Made by a program: the position numbers and the translations under genes. A DNA stretch of 64,000 nucleotides, taken from Klebsormidium nitens. Its lineage: Eukaryota > Plantae > Klebsormidiophyceae. The DNA lies in contig DF236994.1 in NCBI GenBank assembly GCA_000708835.1, forward strand, positions 62,001-126,000, given 5' to 3'. Shown one piece after another: positions 36,201 through 48,700 of the stretch. Positions within the stretch are counted from its first letter, which is position 1. Every line of letters starts with the position of its first letter. Below the pieces are notes generated by a model that was not told the DNA's origin, made no database searches, and saw only the letters and a list, made by a program, of their open reading frames with translations.

Positions 36201-36638
36201 CCTCCGAGGGGTTTTCAAGGGAGGGGGCAAATGGTCCGGCCCGGGCCAGCTCGCCAACCCCCCATTATCCTCTTCATTGGCATATGTATAAGTGAGCGCA
36301 ATATCTGGTTGCACTTCCTGAGACCCCGCCCTCCTGAGCAACACGCTGGTGGTGGTAGGCTGGGACGGTGCGTCAGAAGAGCGCAGCTCGTTGTGGGGGG
36401 GCGACACTTGAGTGGGAGCGTCTAGGGAGAAGAACCCCCTGCCCCCCGGAGGAGACGACCCAAGAGCTCCGTCAAACGCCCCTGACTCCGCTGTTCTCTG
36501 AAGCAAACTCCGGACTGTGGGACTAGAGAGCGTGCTGCCACCGGGGCTAGTGAGCCCCTCGGCAAAAGTGACCTTTCGGAGCAGGCTAGGGGAGCGGACC
36601 TTGGGGGAAATGGCCGGCTGCTCCCCAAAGGTCCCCAT
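24263..36638 (-). CDS. IRE: IRE/IREH1-type (MAST/greatwall-like) AGC serine/threonine kinase with C2H2-like zinc finger
   Basis: Twelve phase-consistent exons: 36638-36127, 35779-35539, 34635-33163, 32802-32034, 31423-31224, 30527-30271, 29360-29111, 28373-28047, 27497-27305, 26372-26198, 25444-25063 and 24388-24263. Motifs: [18 protein letters not shown] (IRE N-domain), [21 protein letters not shown] (zinc finger), [51 protein letters not shown] and [18 protein letters not shown] (AGC C-tail). The first two exons are less certain. Confidence 0.92.
25417..25890 (-). repeat. Tandem array (about 109 bp period) of acceptor plus exon-start echoes of IRE exon 11
   Basis: Exon-like starts at 25444 (real), 25557, 25662, 25773 and 25879. 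Each resembles tctcag/GTTGCTTACCCCCGACCCAAAGCTGCGCC (LLTPDPKLR). Confidence 0.9.
25975..26140 (+). repeat. 36-bp minisatellite, 4-5 copies, in IRE intron 10
   Basis: Unit CACGCTGAGATAGTGGCAAATACTAATTCGTCGGTA in head-to-tail copies. It also appears as a 12-aa repeat in ORF 25951-26145. Confidence 0.85.
26330..27005 (-). repeat. Four intronic echoes of the IRE exon 10 acceptor and start ([11 protein letters not shown])
   Basis: Exon-like starts at 26372 (real), 26575, 26715, about 26870 (no intact AG) and 26997. Plus-strand core TCGTACA..ATCA.GCC.ACCGACCACCA.TCAGCGGC.GCGGCTG. Confidence 0.9.
28443..28505 (-). repeat. Echo of the IRE exon 8 acceptor and start
   Basis: ccccgcag/GTGCTGCGCAAGTGGGACGTAATCCGTAAAAACGCCGTT ([13 protein letters not shown]) versus the real ccccgcag/GTGCTGCGCAAGTCGGACATGATCCGCAAGAACGCCGTC ([13 protein letters not shown]) at 28373. 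Confidence 0.85.
29360..29740 (-). repeat. Two in-frame echoes of the IRE exon 7 acceptor and start
   Basis: AG then (R)EKHK starts at 29723, 29579 and 29360 (real). ORF 29087-29710 stays open through all of them. Confidence 0.9.
30100..30190 (-). repeat. Echo of the IRE exon 6 3' end plus donor site
   Basis: TCGTGGCTGCAGGTCGTGTTCGAGACGTTTGGGCGGCACGTGGATCAGAATCTAAG/gtgggt versus the real TCGTGGCTGCAGGTGGTGTTCGAGACGTTCGGGCGGCGGGTGGATCAGATCCTGAG/gtgagt ending at 30271. Confidence 0.85.
30615..30800 (-). repeat. Two echoes of the IRE exon 6 acceptor and start (EDTRRDQ)
   Basis: cag/GAGGACAC..starts at 30786 ([18 protein letters not shown]) and 30652 ([12 protein letters not shown]), versus the real start at 30527 ([18 protein letters not shown]). 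Confidence 0.9.
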
Positions 36639-37588
36639 GACGGGGCCGGGGGTTTTCTTATGTGTTTAGGAGTGCTGGCCACCAGGCCTATAAGCAGTGT
36701 CGCCCATTGCTTGGAGGGATTTCTAGCATCTGAAGGACATCTCTGGCAAGCTCCTCTTGATGTTGGGCGTGTGTCTCAACAAGGCCGCAGAATAGCAGCC
36801 TGAGCATACTCCAAATGGCGCGGCTAAGAAGTTGCGCAAACTCATGCACGTGGGTGTGGCTGAGACATTTGGCAAGAGACTCCAGGACTACCCGCAGCCA
36901 AGGTGAGCTCCGTTCATGCTCCAAGAGCAGAAGCACATTTGCTATGATTGACACATCCGAATATTCCGCTGACTAGCAAGCCCCCGGCTTTGAACAAGAT
37001 ATACCTGATTAGGAAAGCCACTGGAGCTACAAAAAGTCACCCAGAGCTCCTTCTGCTTTCCCTCTTGTCCTCCAGAATTTGTGCTGGTGCCAATCTCCTC
37101 AGCAATATGGATGGAGCCACCTGCAATTTCAAATGTTCTCTTCTCATAAGCCCGTACCCATCAAAGGCATGGGGCTGCTACGACAGTGTAACCTGTCGTA
37201 GGGAGCACTGAGGTGCTCGGGGATTGCACAAATCGTGCTTCGTCGGGACACTCGCAAGTTCAACTTCAACCGAGTTCAATCGAGCTGCTGCAGCCTGCCA
37301 CCAGTGCCACACGGAAGTGACTCTGTGCAGTGAACATGCACTCACATGGTGTTCGTGCTAAATCAGGGCTGGACTCTGACCGTTGGATAGGAAGACAATG
37401 AGAAACGGATGGCAACGATCAGGTCTCCTGACGCCCTCAGCGTAGTTTCACCGGGCGGGCAAAAGCATTGTAGGTATTCACCAACTCCTGAGAGACTCCA
37501 ATGTCCATGCTGCACAGTGCTTCTTCGACTTGAAGTTGAACTTTCAAGAAGTTGGAAGTCTCGCATTGCAATAATCTGCACATTGCAG

Positions 37589-39748
37589 GCGAAAGCCTAA
37601 GGCAGGTGGAAGGAGGGTGGAAGGGTGATGCCGCATGCCTGAAGGTGATTGCGCAGCATATATCTGACAATCAGCACCGTGGGGTGACAGAAACGATGGC
37701 AGTGGCTAGCTATCTGAGGGTGATCAAGAACACAGACGCTTGCGATGGGGACAAGAGCAGCAATGCGCGTGCCACTACAGAGAAGGCAGCACAATCGCCT
37801 CAAGGGACAGTCCAACAGTTCAAGTCTGTGGGCGGCTACTACGGTTGCAGGCTATATGAGAAAACATACTTCTCTTCGAAAGACATCGTCCAGTATTTCA
37901 TGTAAGTAACGTATCATGACAATCAGGGTGAAGTCTTTGTACTGCACTGTGTTGCACATACATGTTACAAGGTCGATCTTGTGGCGCAGTGGGTAGAAGT
38001 TGCCTCTTTTTTTGACAATCTGCTGTTGTGTGCAGCTGTGCAAGGTGTAAGAGCCTGCTTGACAAGCCGGTTATGCTTCCAAACTGTGGTCATAAGGTCT
38101 GCAGGTGAGTTAGAAGATGCTACCTCGAAGAGGTTGTTGACCGTTGAAGCTGTGGCTGCACCCCCGAGAGTGCTCCTCGTTGGAAGTTCCACAACATTCT
38201 CATGCTTGTCCGAGATTATCCCCATTCATTTTCACCTGATTCTGCGTTCCTGCCTGCGCTTGATGTCCCTACAGGAATGTCTGTCACATGTGAAATGTTC
38301 GCAGAAAATGGCGTGAAGGCTGAACAGAAGACTTTGTTGCAGAGGGTGCGCTCAGGGCGATGATGACAAAGCTACAAGCTGTTGCCCAAAATGTCAAGGA
38401 AGATTCTTCAAGAATAAGATACTCGCCATCGAGGGATACGATCGAATAATGAAGAAAATGAAGCGCTGGTGTGTGAATGCTCTCGGATACGATGAAGAAG
38501 AGGAGGCGATTGTGCCGGTAAGCCACTTCCCACACTTTGCAGGAACTCGTGTTGGTTGGCGCCTTGGGCAACCAGCGCAGCCCGGCCTGTTTGAAATCCA
38601 GTTCATTAAGATGAGTTTTTTTGGCGTCCGATGGATGCCATGATCAGCAACTGGGTTGCTTCTTGTCGAGTACGGTTTTGCCTTACCCAGCTCTGATCAA
38701 TTGCGCAGAGAGTTGTCGAGGCAATTGCACAGCTAACCACGTCTCCATATCCTTGTTTGAAGGATCCTGAATCTTGCAGTTTCAAGGGCTATGGCCGATT
38801 CTTGGCCGAACATGAAAGCACATGCGGGTTCAAGGTTGTCACATGCACCTTGGGTTGCAAGTCGCAACTGTGGAAGAAGGACGTTGAAGCGCACGCAGAC
38901 CTCTGTAGCTATGAATGTTCAGCATATGCTTGTCGGAAGCTTGTTCTGGCCAAACATATGGAGCATCATAAAAAGGTGAGCGATTTGGTTTCAACGGCAA
39001 TCAACAGATGAGTCGTCTCCTTCCGCAAAGTGCACGGTTTGCCTTTGACTTGTCTCGACCAAGAAGGATCTACTCGTAGAACCCGATACTTGCTTGGCCA
39101 GCTTCTCTTGCAATTGAACACGGAGTCAATTCCAGCGAACTTTTCAGCAGTCGAGTATGGATGGAGTACCAAAAGGGGAAGTCGTTGATATTGAGTGCTC
39201 GGATCTCCAATTGACGCTTTTGGATCCTTCTCAACAGGAAGAGTGTCCTGCCACGGTCATAAGTTGCCCGATGACCAGTGAAGGGTGCACTGTATCCGAA
39301 CAACGCCGGTATATGCACGGCCACACCGAAAGTTGTCCCTACATGAAGGTGAAGGACAAGCTAAGCGAGCTCAGCGAAGCGAAGGCAGAGATTGAAAAAT
39401 TGAAGCGGATGGTAAGATGCGCATTGCAATTTACTACTTGTAGTCAAAGACCATGTGACTTGCTGAAGATTGCACTCATGAGATTGTGAACAAAGGTGTT
39501 GCTCTTGTTCTTCCTCTTTTTGGTATTTATGTTGCCGAAACGAGCAGCATGATCCTTCGGTTATGAAACTTGAGCAGATAAAAAGCACTAACCTTGATTC
39601 GAGCAGGCTTGAGGGCATCTGAACAAATGCTTACTCTCAAAACTCGTGACCTTTCATGCAGCTCGAGACGAGCACGCCAGAGAAGGTAAAAGAAGAACCC
39701 ATCGTGAAACGTCTAAGAAGCGGAGCTACGAAACGAGAGCCGTTGTAG
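37589..39748 (+). CDS. RING (C3HC4) plus TRAF-type zinc finger plus coiled-coil protein, probable E3 ligase; start exon unresolved
   Basis: Exons 37589-37901, 38036-38104, 38343-38517, 38763-38975, 39238-39411 and 39662-39748 splice in frame. They rebuild CARCKSLLDKPVMLPNCGHKVCRGCAQGDDDKATSCCPKC (RING split over two exons) and TRAF-like fingers CSFKGYGRFLAEHESTC, CTLGCKSQLWKKDVEAHADLC and CPMTSEGCTVSEQRRYMHGHTESCPY, followed by a coiled coil. Confidence 0.75.
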
Positions 39749-41007
39749 TACTTTACAATCATTGCCTTAGTCTGGTGCATGTAAGTTACATCGACAATCT
39801 ATTTTTAAGGGTCGAGCCGGATGCAGATGTTTTGTTTACCTTGTAGTTGCTGTCGTCCAATGGTCTTGGTGGTATGGCTGAAAGACCACCAAAATTGGGC
39901 AGATGCCAACGTACCTCCACACTGATTGTAGTTGAACCAATGCAACAATCTGCTCAGGTTACGCCCTCTAAACCCACTGACTCGCTGAGCAGTGCACAGG
40001 GCCGCACGGCAATTAGGGGCTTACGTGAGGAAAAAAGAGTTTGTGCAATGATGGCCGTCAGTATAAGCTCCAAGGATCAGATTGGTTCGCCATGCGACCA
40101 TGAGTTAGTCAGAGATCAACCTGCGTATAAGTACCTGAGCCTGGTACGTGTACCCGCTGATCGACCTGCACACATGGGCCCAGCATGTGACTATGGAGCC
40201 ACATGTCGAATCACACTGATGAGGCGAGTGACTAGCGCCACTGAAAGATAAGCATGCTGGCACTAGCTTGCACATATGGGTGACGTACAGTGCAGCGCAT
40301 ACGTTAAGCAGCCCCTTGAGTCACGGGCCATCATCACACCCGTTGAACATTATTCGAAAGATCGATGGTGCAAGCTACCTTGACATGTGGGTACATGCAA
40401 GATAGGTGATACAATTTGCAATATGCACCGCGCGGACCTGGCCATGCAAGGGATTTATGGACGAGAATTGGACGGTGCCGCCATGTGACCACACAGGCTT
40501 GCCTGGCATGTTGGCAAGTGACCATACTAGAAGCAGCTAGCCTGAATGATCGCGAAGCATGGTTGCATGAATTTACCAAACTACGTATATACACTCGCGC
40601 GTTAGTATACGGTCGTGGTTCAGCTCTCTGTACATAGGGCGGCCTAAACGCTTCGGATTGCATAGCTTGGCTACTTGTCTTGCAGTACCTAGTGGTAGAT
40701 TAATTCAAAACAGATATGATTGGCAGGCGGGTGGATCGAACGGCAACGATCTAGATCAACTTTCCCCTGCAGGCCCCAGACGGCTGCTTGGAATCACGTG
40801 CAACACGCTACAAGCTCAAGAGACTCAGTTCGATCAAACTCTCGGATACGACCATCTGAATGAGAGGACCGCATGTTCACGATAAGTTGAGCCCAATCGG
40901 CCTATTGAGGACAACGTTTACTAGCAGACACACCACCTTTGAAGAGGGTCCCTTGCCATCGTCTAAGTTAAGTCTGTGTCCTACAGGCCAAGTCAAAGCA
41001 AGTTCTC

Positions 41008-44000
41008 TTAGAGCCTTGATTCTAATTCTGAACCCCGTACAGCCTGCGTGACCTTTGACACCGGCCGCTTCCCAACATGCTGACTGATAAACTTGGCGGC
41101 CTCTATCACTTTCTCAATATTTACATTCGTTTTTATCCCCAACCCGTTCAACATATACACGACGTCCTCCGTAGCCACGTTCCCCGACGCGCCCTTCGCG
41201 TACGGGCAACCCCCCAGCCCGGCCACCGACGAATCCACCACGTTGATGCCCATTTGGAGCGCAACTAGAATGTTCCCCAACGCTTGCCCGTACGTATCAT
41301 GGAAATGCACCGCAAGCCGCGCGGTCGGCACCCGTTTTGCGACGGCTTCGAGCATCGGGACGACGCAGCCGGGCGTCCCGACGCCGATCGTGTCCCCCAA
41401 GGAGATCTCGTAGCAACCCATGTTATACAATTTCTCGGCGACCTCCGCGACTTTCTCGGGGGCCACCGCGCCCTCGATCGGGCACCCGACGACGCACGAG
41501 ACGTAGCCCCGGACCGGAATTCCGGCGGATTTTGCCGCTCGGCACACGGCGGAATAGCGCTCGAGGCTCTCGACGATCGAGCAGTTGATGTTGCTCTTAG
41601 AGAAGGACTCGGAAGCGGCCGCGAAAACGGCGACTTCCTTAGCCCCCGCTTGAACGGCCCTTTCGAAGCCTTTCAGGTTGGGGGTCAGAACCGGGTAGCG
41701 CGTGTCGCCCCCGAAGCGAAGTGCGCGGAGGACCTCGGTGTGGTCGGCGAGCTGAGGTGGCACAAGAAACGATGTTACAAGGGGTTCTCCGCCCATCTTT
41801 CGTGGCTTTTTATTTGTGTTGTTTGACGCTTCGCTGCAATTCAAGGGTGGGATATGCGGGGTAAACTTTGGACGTCTGTTAATTCTGTCTGTTCAACTGT
41901 AGTTTTAAGTCAAGCCAGGACCTCGAGCGAAAAGGAGATCCGAGCCTGCAGTACAAACAAGCGTCCCTGCACTGCGTGAACAGGGCGACAGAAGGCACAG
42001 CAACCGTGTCATGCCTGCATGAAGCCCGTTCAGCTTCTTTGAACGAGAAGCCGCCGTCTGGTAAAAGAAGGTACGAAATGGCCGCACACATAACTAAGAG
42101 GCCGCTTGCAATAAGCGAATGGCCGCATAAGTACACGGGTGAGCACACAGAGTGATGAGAAGTGCTTGAATGAGCAAGTCGATCGAGCTGTCAGTATGGT
42201 CGGGCACGAAGAAAAGCGAGTAACAAGGATGGCAGCAGGTTTACGAGATTTCCAGAGATCCTATGTTGAAATTCTACACAGCACAGACTGCGGTCTGAAC
42301 GTTGCGGGCACCGGAGACTGAAGAACAATCAAAGTAGATGTTCCTTCTTCATGGAACGGAGATACAGAAGACCATATGTTCGGAGAAGGTGTACGTCACC
42401 CCAGCAGCGATGCAAAGACATCAGAAGAAGTCACTGAGGGGCTGGCTTCTCAAAAACCGGCAAAAAAATTCCGTGTCGTGGAATCCGTTTGCCAGAGCAG
42501 GTCACTCTCAGTTTGGTGGGGCAGGAAAGAAACTGTACAGCGTAAGTGACATACAGCCAATGCGGAAGAAACGCAGAGCATAGGGACCAGCAACTTTCAA
42601 AGCACTAAGGGTTGGCACCCAAGAAGCAAGCAAGCGGGCCAAAACCTCTGGATCCACAACGGCTGCAAGCTCCCCAAAACTAAGACCCTTCACCCTAAAG
42701 TACTGAAACCCTGAAAGCCTCACTACGACCCTGCAAAGCTTCTTCAGGCAATACTTAAGTGGCGTCTCCTGGAGATGAAAAGCCCAAGAAACACCGAAAG
42801 TCGCTCTAGCAAATCATAGGTTTGAAATTCCTGCAAGCTCACATCATTGATAATATGTGTTGAGCCCACCTGGAGGATCTGTCTGGGCAATACAAGGCTT
42901 ACGAAAGACTGGACTTGTTTAGAAAGTCAAAACGTCAACTCTACATGTTAGAGATACTGATATTCTCGTGCCATGAATACCAGGGTCCCATATTTTGCAT
43001 TTCGCCATCCAGGAGGAGGCGGTGTCGCCAGATATTGGCCGTTCGATTTTTGAAGACCTTTCTCGATCGGACGATCGCGGCGGTCCGACGTGGAAAAGTG
43101 CTCCGAAAAGTGCGGGCACTGTTTACCAAAAGTGTCGCGGTATGTACCCAGTATGCTACTTGGTGAGAGCCAGGATATGCGGAAAGCTGCCACGTCAGAA
43201 ACATCCCTCTACAAGCCACGGTTCAAACCGGCACTCCAAAATAAGAACACCCCAGACTCGAAATGTAGAAAATGGGACCCTGATATGAACGGCACGAGAT
43301 TGAGAGATAAGCTTACCTGGGGAATCCACTTTGGAGATACAAAGCTGGTGGCTTCAACCACGGGCAAGCCCGCCTCCGCGAGGCGCTCGATGAGCTCCAC
43401 CTTCACCACAGTTGGGACGTGCGTTTTCTCGTTCTGGAGACCGTCGCGGGCCCCTACTTCTACAATTTTCACGTACTGCGGCAGGTGCTGGAAGAGCTGC
43501 CAAGCAAAGGAACCAGCGGGTTAACGTCATGGTGATTAAAGATTTGGAATTGCTAAGAGGGGTCCTGAAAGACACGAAGGCTTGGGACGCTTGTGAGCAA
43601 CCTATGACTCCAGGAAGCATTGCGACGGAAAGTCAGGCTTTGGTGAGGGGTCCTGTGAAGGTCAGGCGTTTCTACACGGTTGCATTCGTGTTAATGAGCA
43701 AAGAACACCAAAATGCTGAGGTTTTTGAAAAAGGTCGGTGAGGGTCTTCGACTATACGCGAGTGAAAAAGCGGTGTCAAATGATGCGCTGAGAATCATTG
43801 ACTGTTTCCGGAAGCGTATCTTGTCACCTTGAAAAGCAGCGAGTAATTTAACGATTCATAATGGAAGACTATCACTAGTGTCTCAAAGGCATGATGGAGG
43901 GGCGCCGTTCTTTAACAAAAACTTTCTGTATAGGACCAGAACTAGTCTTGCCGTGAGTCTAGCACTCTCTGGGCAACGTTATTCTTAGGGATCTTCCCAC

Positions 44001-45015
44001 AATGCCAAATGGCTCAAACAGCTCTTTTGAAAGGGATCCCCCAAAACACAACACAATGGGGGCATATCATAGGTCGCACATTTCCCTTCACTCTGTTCCA
44101 CACCTCAACAGTTTCAACCTCAAACCCCACTGACACACCAGAACAGCTCTTGGCAACAGGAAGCGATCTGAGGTTGGTCCCATGTAGTCCATAACTGCCA
44201 CCTGTCGCAGACGGGACAAAGAGCTGACGCTGGCATAAAAGACAGGGATCCCTCAAACCCAAAGAAAGGGAGTATTTCATAGGTTTCAGTCTACTTTTAG
44301 CTCAAAAGTCTCAACATTGAACCTCAACGACATTCCAAGACAGCTGTGAAGCCATACAAGGTCAGTTCCATGTAAGCCGTATCTGCCACCTCTCACATGA
44401 TGTGACAAAGAGGAGCTGACGCGAGAATGAAATTCCACCAATTCGACGCCCAACGACAACTCAGTTCAAAGCTGTCTCTGTATTCAAAGATTTTAGAACC
44501 CCTGCATTCAAGGGTTGTAGAAAAGATGATTCAAAAATAGCCAAAAGGCCAGAGAAGAAAGAAAGACAAGAAAGGAAGGCAGTACCAACCGGGATCCGAG
44601 ATGAGAGTCCGCTTTCCCGCAGCTTCATTGCGGTTGCGCTCTTTGCCTGCTCCCCCTCAGCCCCCCCGCACACGGCTGCCTCTGCCTCCGCCACAGTATG
44701 CCGCCTCCGCCCATTCTGGACCTTTGGTTCTTTGACACCGTTTGCTGAGACAGAGAAAACTCTGCCCATAGAAAATGACCTTCTGTGACTCCCTGAAGCC
44801 CCTTCCTTTTGGTTGGTGTCAAAAGTTGCCTGGGTTGCCCCCCCAGCTGCAGAAGCTTCTTGGCATTGCCTTGCTGAGTTCTCCACGCCGCCCCTACTTT
44901 GACACAAGGCCGGCATGTGGGCTGGACCCTCAGCCGGCGGGGAAAGTTGTGTCAAGGCCCCCAGGAGGGCCTGTCGGAGCTGGGCAGGCCTAATGGCTCT
45001 CAGTGAGCACAGCAT
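41008..45015 (-). CDS. HMGCL: Hydroxymethylglutaryl-CoA lyase, probably mitochondrial
   Basis: Exons 43496-43317 ([30 protein letters not shown]) and 41751-41008 ([54 protein letters not shown]). The putative first exon 45015 to about 44590 encodes an Arg/Ala/Leu-rich presequence-like N-terminus; its donor is uncertain. Confidence 0.9.
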
Positions 45016-45108
45016 CTCTGAGGCTCCAGCATGGGGGCCGGCAAGACCTAACCCTAATGCTGTCGGTGTATGGGGTCCTTTGTGCTTCTTATTTGGGGGT
45101 CAGGTACC

Positions 45109-45117
45109 AAACCCTAA
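45109..45117 (+). promoter_or_regulatory. Telo-box in the HMGCL/FLY1 divergent promoter
   Basis: Exact AAACCCTAA at 45109 and a near copy (AACCCTAA) at about 45049. Confidence 0.35.
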
Positions 45118-45786
45118 TGTGGACGCGTAATCTCAGTGGTTTTTCTAGGGTTATGAAGCAGGAAAGAAAAGTTTAGGGGCTGTAGGTGGGAAATGCTGCT
45201 CTTCAAAGCAGACGGCTCTTAGTGCAGGCACAAAGTAACAGCGAAAGCCCTTGACAATGCCACTACTGCGCCCACGTATTTTAAAGCCCACTTTCCAGAC
45301 AGCACATTAAACAGGAGACCCTGAAGAGCCACCAATGCCCTCATGCAGGTCACTGAGCACGTGAACCTCCCGCGTCCACTGTGCAACCCCCTCTCATGCA
45401 GTCTCCTTAGTTCAAACTTTCAAAACGTTTGCTTCTCAAAACTTTCTCAGTTTCTTGAGTGCTCAGTGCATCTTCCTGCGACTCCGAATCCGAGTTCAAC
45501 TTGGCTGCGCTGCCACCAGAAGCTTCGCGCGCGCGTGGTACCTACAACCAAGTATTTCATAGGTACCGCGCAAACGACGACCGGTCCAAACCGGAATGCG
45601 GACTGGTGCAGACGGAAGACTGCACGAGACGAGAGAGAACCGCACAGCATGACGCAGCAACACTGACAGGGTTGCCAATGGCCATGCTGCTGAGTCGGCA
45701 GCAGCTTTTCTGCTGACCTCACGTACTTAGTTCTTTCGAGGAGGGGCCTAAGTGCGCTGCACTGTCCCTCCCGCCTTTGTTCAACC

Positions 45787-48700
45787 ATGGCGGAGAGGCG
45801 GGTGCAGGACGCGCCATGCGCTTGTTGCCCTCTCGCGGGGGGACAACGTTGGCCGGTGTTGATGCTCAGGATCGCACTCTTGTCGTCCTTGCTTTTCTGC
45901 TGTAGGGGGGCAACAGATGATTCTGATCGGTCGAGACATTCCACAAGGGATGGGTACTATGGTCAGGGACACCCACGGTCAGCAAAGGGTATTCTCGGGG
46001 GGGTGTTACCATTCAGGGGGGAGGGAAAAGCGGTGGAATCTGGGGGGGTGGAGGTTGAGCTGAAGCGTTCGGGGGGCGGGCTAGAAATGGAGCCGGACAG
46101 GTGGGGCGAGTTTGACCTGAAGCGCTTCAAGCCGGCTGCGGCTGGGAAAGGAGCGCAGCTACCGGGGGCAACAGCTGGCGAGGTGGGCACCTTTTGTTGG
46201 GCCGGGTTTGGAAGTTAGCTTGTCTCAAGTGTGCATGTTAAGATGCGAGTTGTTCACACGCGTCTCGTAAACGTAAGGTAAATGGCGAGTAATCAGTGGG
46301 TCCTTTTTGTGTCTCCCTGATTCTTCAGTTGTGCTGATAGAACGAGTGCGCATCTTGGGTGCTCCTTTGCACTGTAACGAGGTGCCTAGTTGTAGTTCGG
46401 ATGCCGCCTTCAGCATTTGTTATTTTAAGTACCATAGGGTTGAGCAGTGTGTCGCTAGGGGCATCCAGCGGCTAGAGCAATGTCCACAGGCTACGACAAG
46501 CTGGTTGTTTTCCGTCAGCTACTTGCTGTGTTTTTGTTTCTAGGCCTCAAGCGATAGTCGGTTCTGCTTCAATATTGCTGCTGATTTTGGAGCAATGGGC
46601 ATGAGCATGGGTATGATAAAGTAGCCGCTCCTTTCTACGTTCTCCTAGACACTTTGTTCTAACGCATTGTCATGGTGATTATTTCTCCTCGCTCGTGTTT
46701 GTCAAATTGACTCGATCCAGGTATTGCCGCCATAGCCAAGTATTTCATGCAGGTCAATCCGAGTTCGATTTGTTTGTAGCTTTTGACCAGCTACCTGTAA
46801 GCTGTTCAGCTTCATTTAAGATTCTCTTTTTGCCACCCGGCCGACAGGCATGTGGCGGTTTTGTTGACCTGGAGATTCCATGCTGCAAATAAGCCTGTCT
46901 CAGCGGGTCTGTATCAACCGAGTCGGTACGAGGTTCCTCAAAGCTCTGTCCTAGCTCTTGTGTACAGCAATTGCGTAACTAAGAGAGCAACGCAAGCCCT
47001 CACCGTGAAGAAGCCCCCCCACTTGATAGCTGCTTCTTCTACTGAGAAAGTTGCCTTGTTCCTGCTGCCAGGTTGCTCCCCCCGCTACTATCTTTTTGGA
47101 GAGCCCTGCGGGGCTTGAGGAGGCGACCAAGTATCCCGTCAACATCTCGGGCACGTATAAAGGTGAGAGAACGTGGAGCGAGATGTTGGGGGGATTGCAG
47201 ACCACACTTCGCCTTGGCAGGTTTTCGCCTTTTAGCCCCCCTTCTTTAATGCTTCAGCTGCTCTTTCAACAGAGTTGCATGATGCTTGCCGGTTCTTTTT
47301 TCCAGCGGTAGTGTCGCTCTCTTCAGAACGCTTTGTGGGTGATGCCGCATCAAGTCGCGCCTTTCGCTTGTAGGCCTCGCGCCTTAGGACATGCTAGCCC
47401 CTTCGTGTCCTTCTTACATTGTTTCTTACATCGTTACATCGTTTCGTGGGCGTCGACGGGTTCTGGCGCATTTACGTCTGTTTCCCAGATTGTGAATCTT
47501 TGTTGCTTCTCTTGACCTTTTTTTTTTTCTGGTGGCTTCAGGTACCTGGGAGGTCCAGGGCAGCAACACCTCGCTGCGGTTTCCGGACCTCCAGAAGAGT
47601 ACGGGGAACATCATCTTCCAGCTCACGAGCTCGCGCACCGCCGAGCCCGAACTTCACTATGTGCACGTGAGTCTGCTTCACTTACCATCCATAAAAACGG
47701 CACTCTCGAACCCTTGGATATGCAACACACCCTGATGCAGTGACTCAGAAACGTACTTATGCTGTAGGTATGCCAAAGCTGCCTGGAATCGAACTGTGTT
47801 TTCTTTCGAAGGGGCAGATGTGGTGTATTTAGTTTGCAAGTCCTTTGTAATTTTGTTCCCATGCTGACTGCAGGGCGAGATTGTGCTGCGCGACGGGAGT
47901 TACATCAGCGACGGCGACGTGCACATGAAGCTCGAGGGCACGTATGTGCAGCGCTTTGGGGAGCTGCGGATGGTTCTCAGCAGCAACGGGCGGGACGAGG
48001 ACGGGGGGCGCCTTTCTGACGGAAATGAAGGGGGGGGAAAAGTGGGAGCGGGGCTCGGGCCGTATCAGCTGGGGATGCGAGAAGGGGGACGCGAGCGGCG
48101 GAAAGCAGGGGGCAAGATGGATATCTACGAGTTGGCGCGCAACTGCAAGATTAGGATGACGACACAGGTGAGCGAGACGTGAATGATTTTGCAAGTTCTG
48201 GCCACTCTCGTGCACAGAGCGTGCGCTGTGCGCATACCGCGAGGTTGAGTCTCGGCCAGGAGTTGTCCCTTGCTTGGAAAACATCGGTGTAACTTACACT
48301 AATCAAGGCATGTGACGTAACAGAGCCGAAAGGCAGACAAGCACCGAGCTATGGGAATCGAATCCACAAACTTCTCTCCTCCTAGTGTTTCTTTGCGTGG
48401 AAGCTGGTGAACGGCGCTGAACAAACTCTTGCTTTTTAACCAAGAGTTGAGCAGCAGTTGTTCCGTTGACAGAGGAACAACAGTCTGGACGGCAACGGAT
48501 GACCGGTGTAGACAAAGACCACATCTTTCCTGGAAATTGATACAACGTTCAATGCTTCACCCCCAAGTTTCCCACCTGGCTAGTAAACGGCCGGAACGAG
48601 TACGAGGTAACGGGCAAAGCTCTAGGGTGGGCGTCTCTTGAGATTCTGAGCGGCAAAGATATATCCGCTGTAGACAAAGATGTGAAACGCTCTCGAATTC

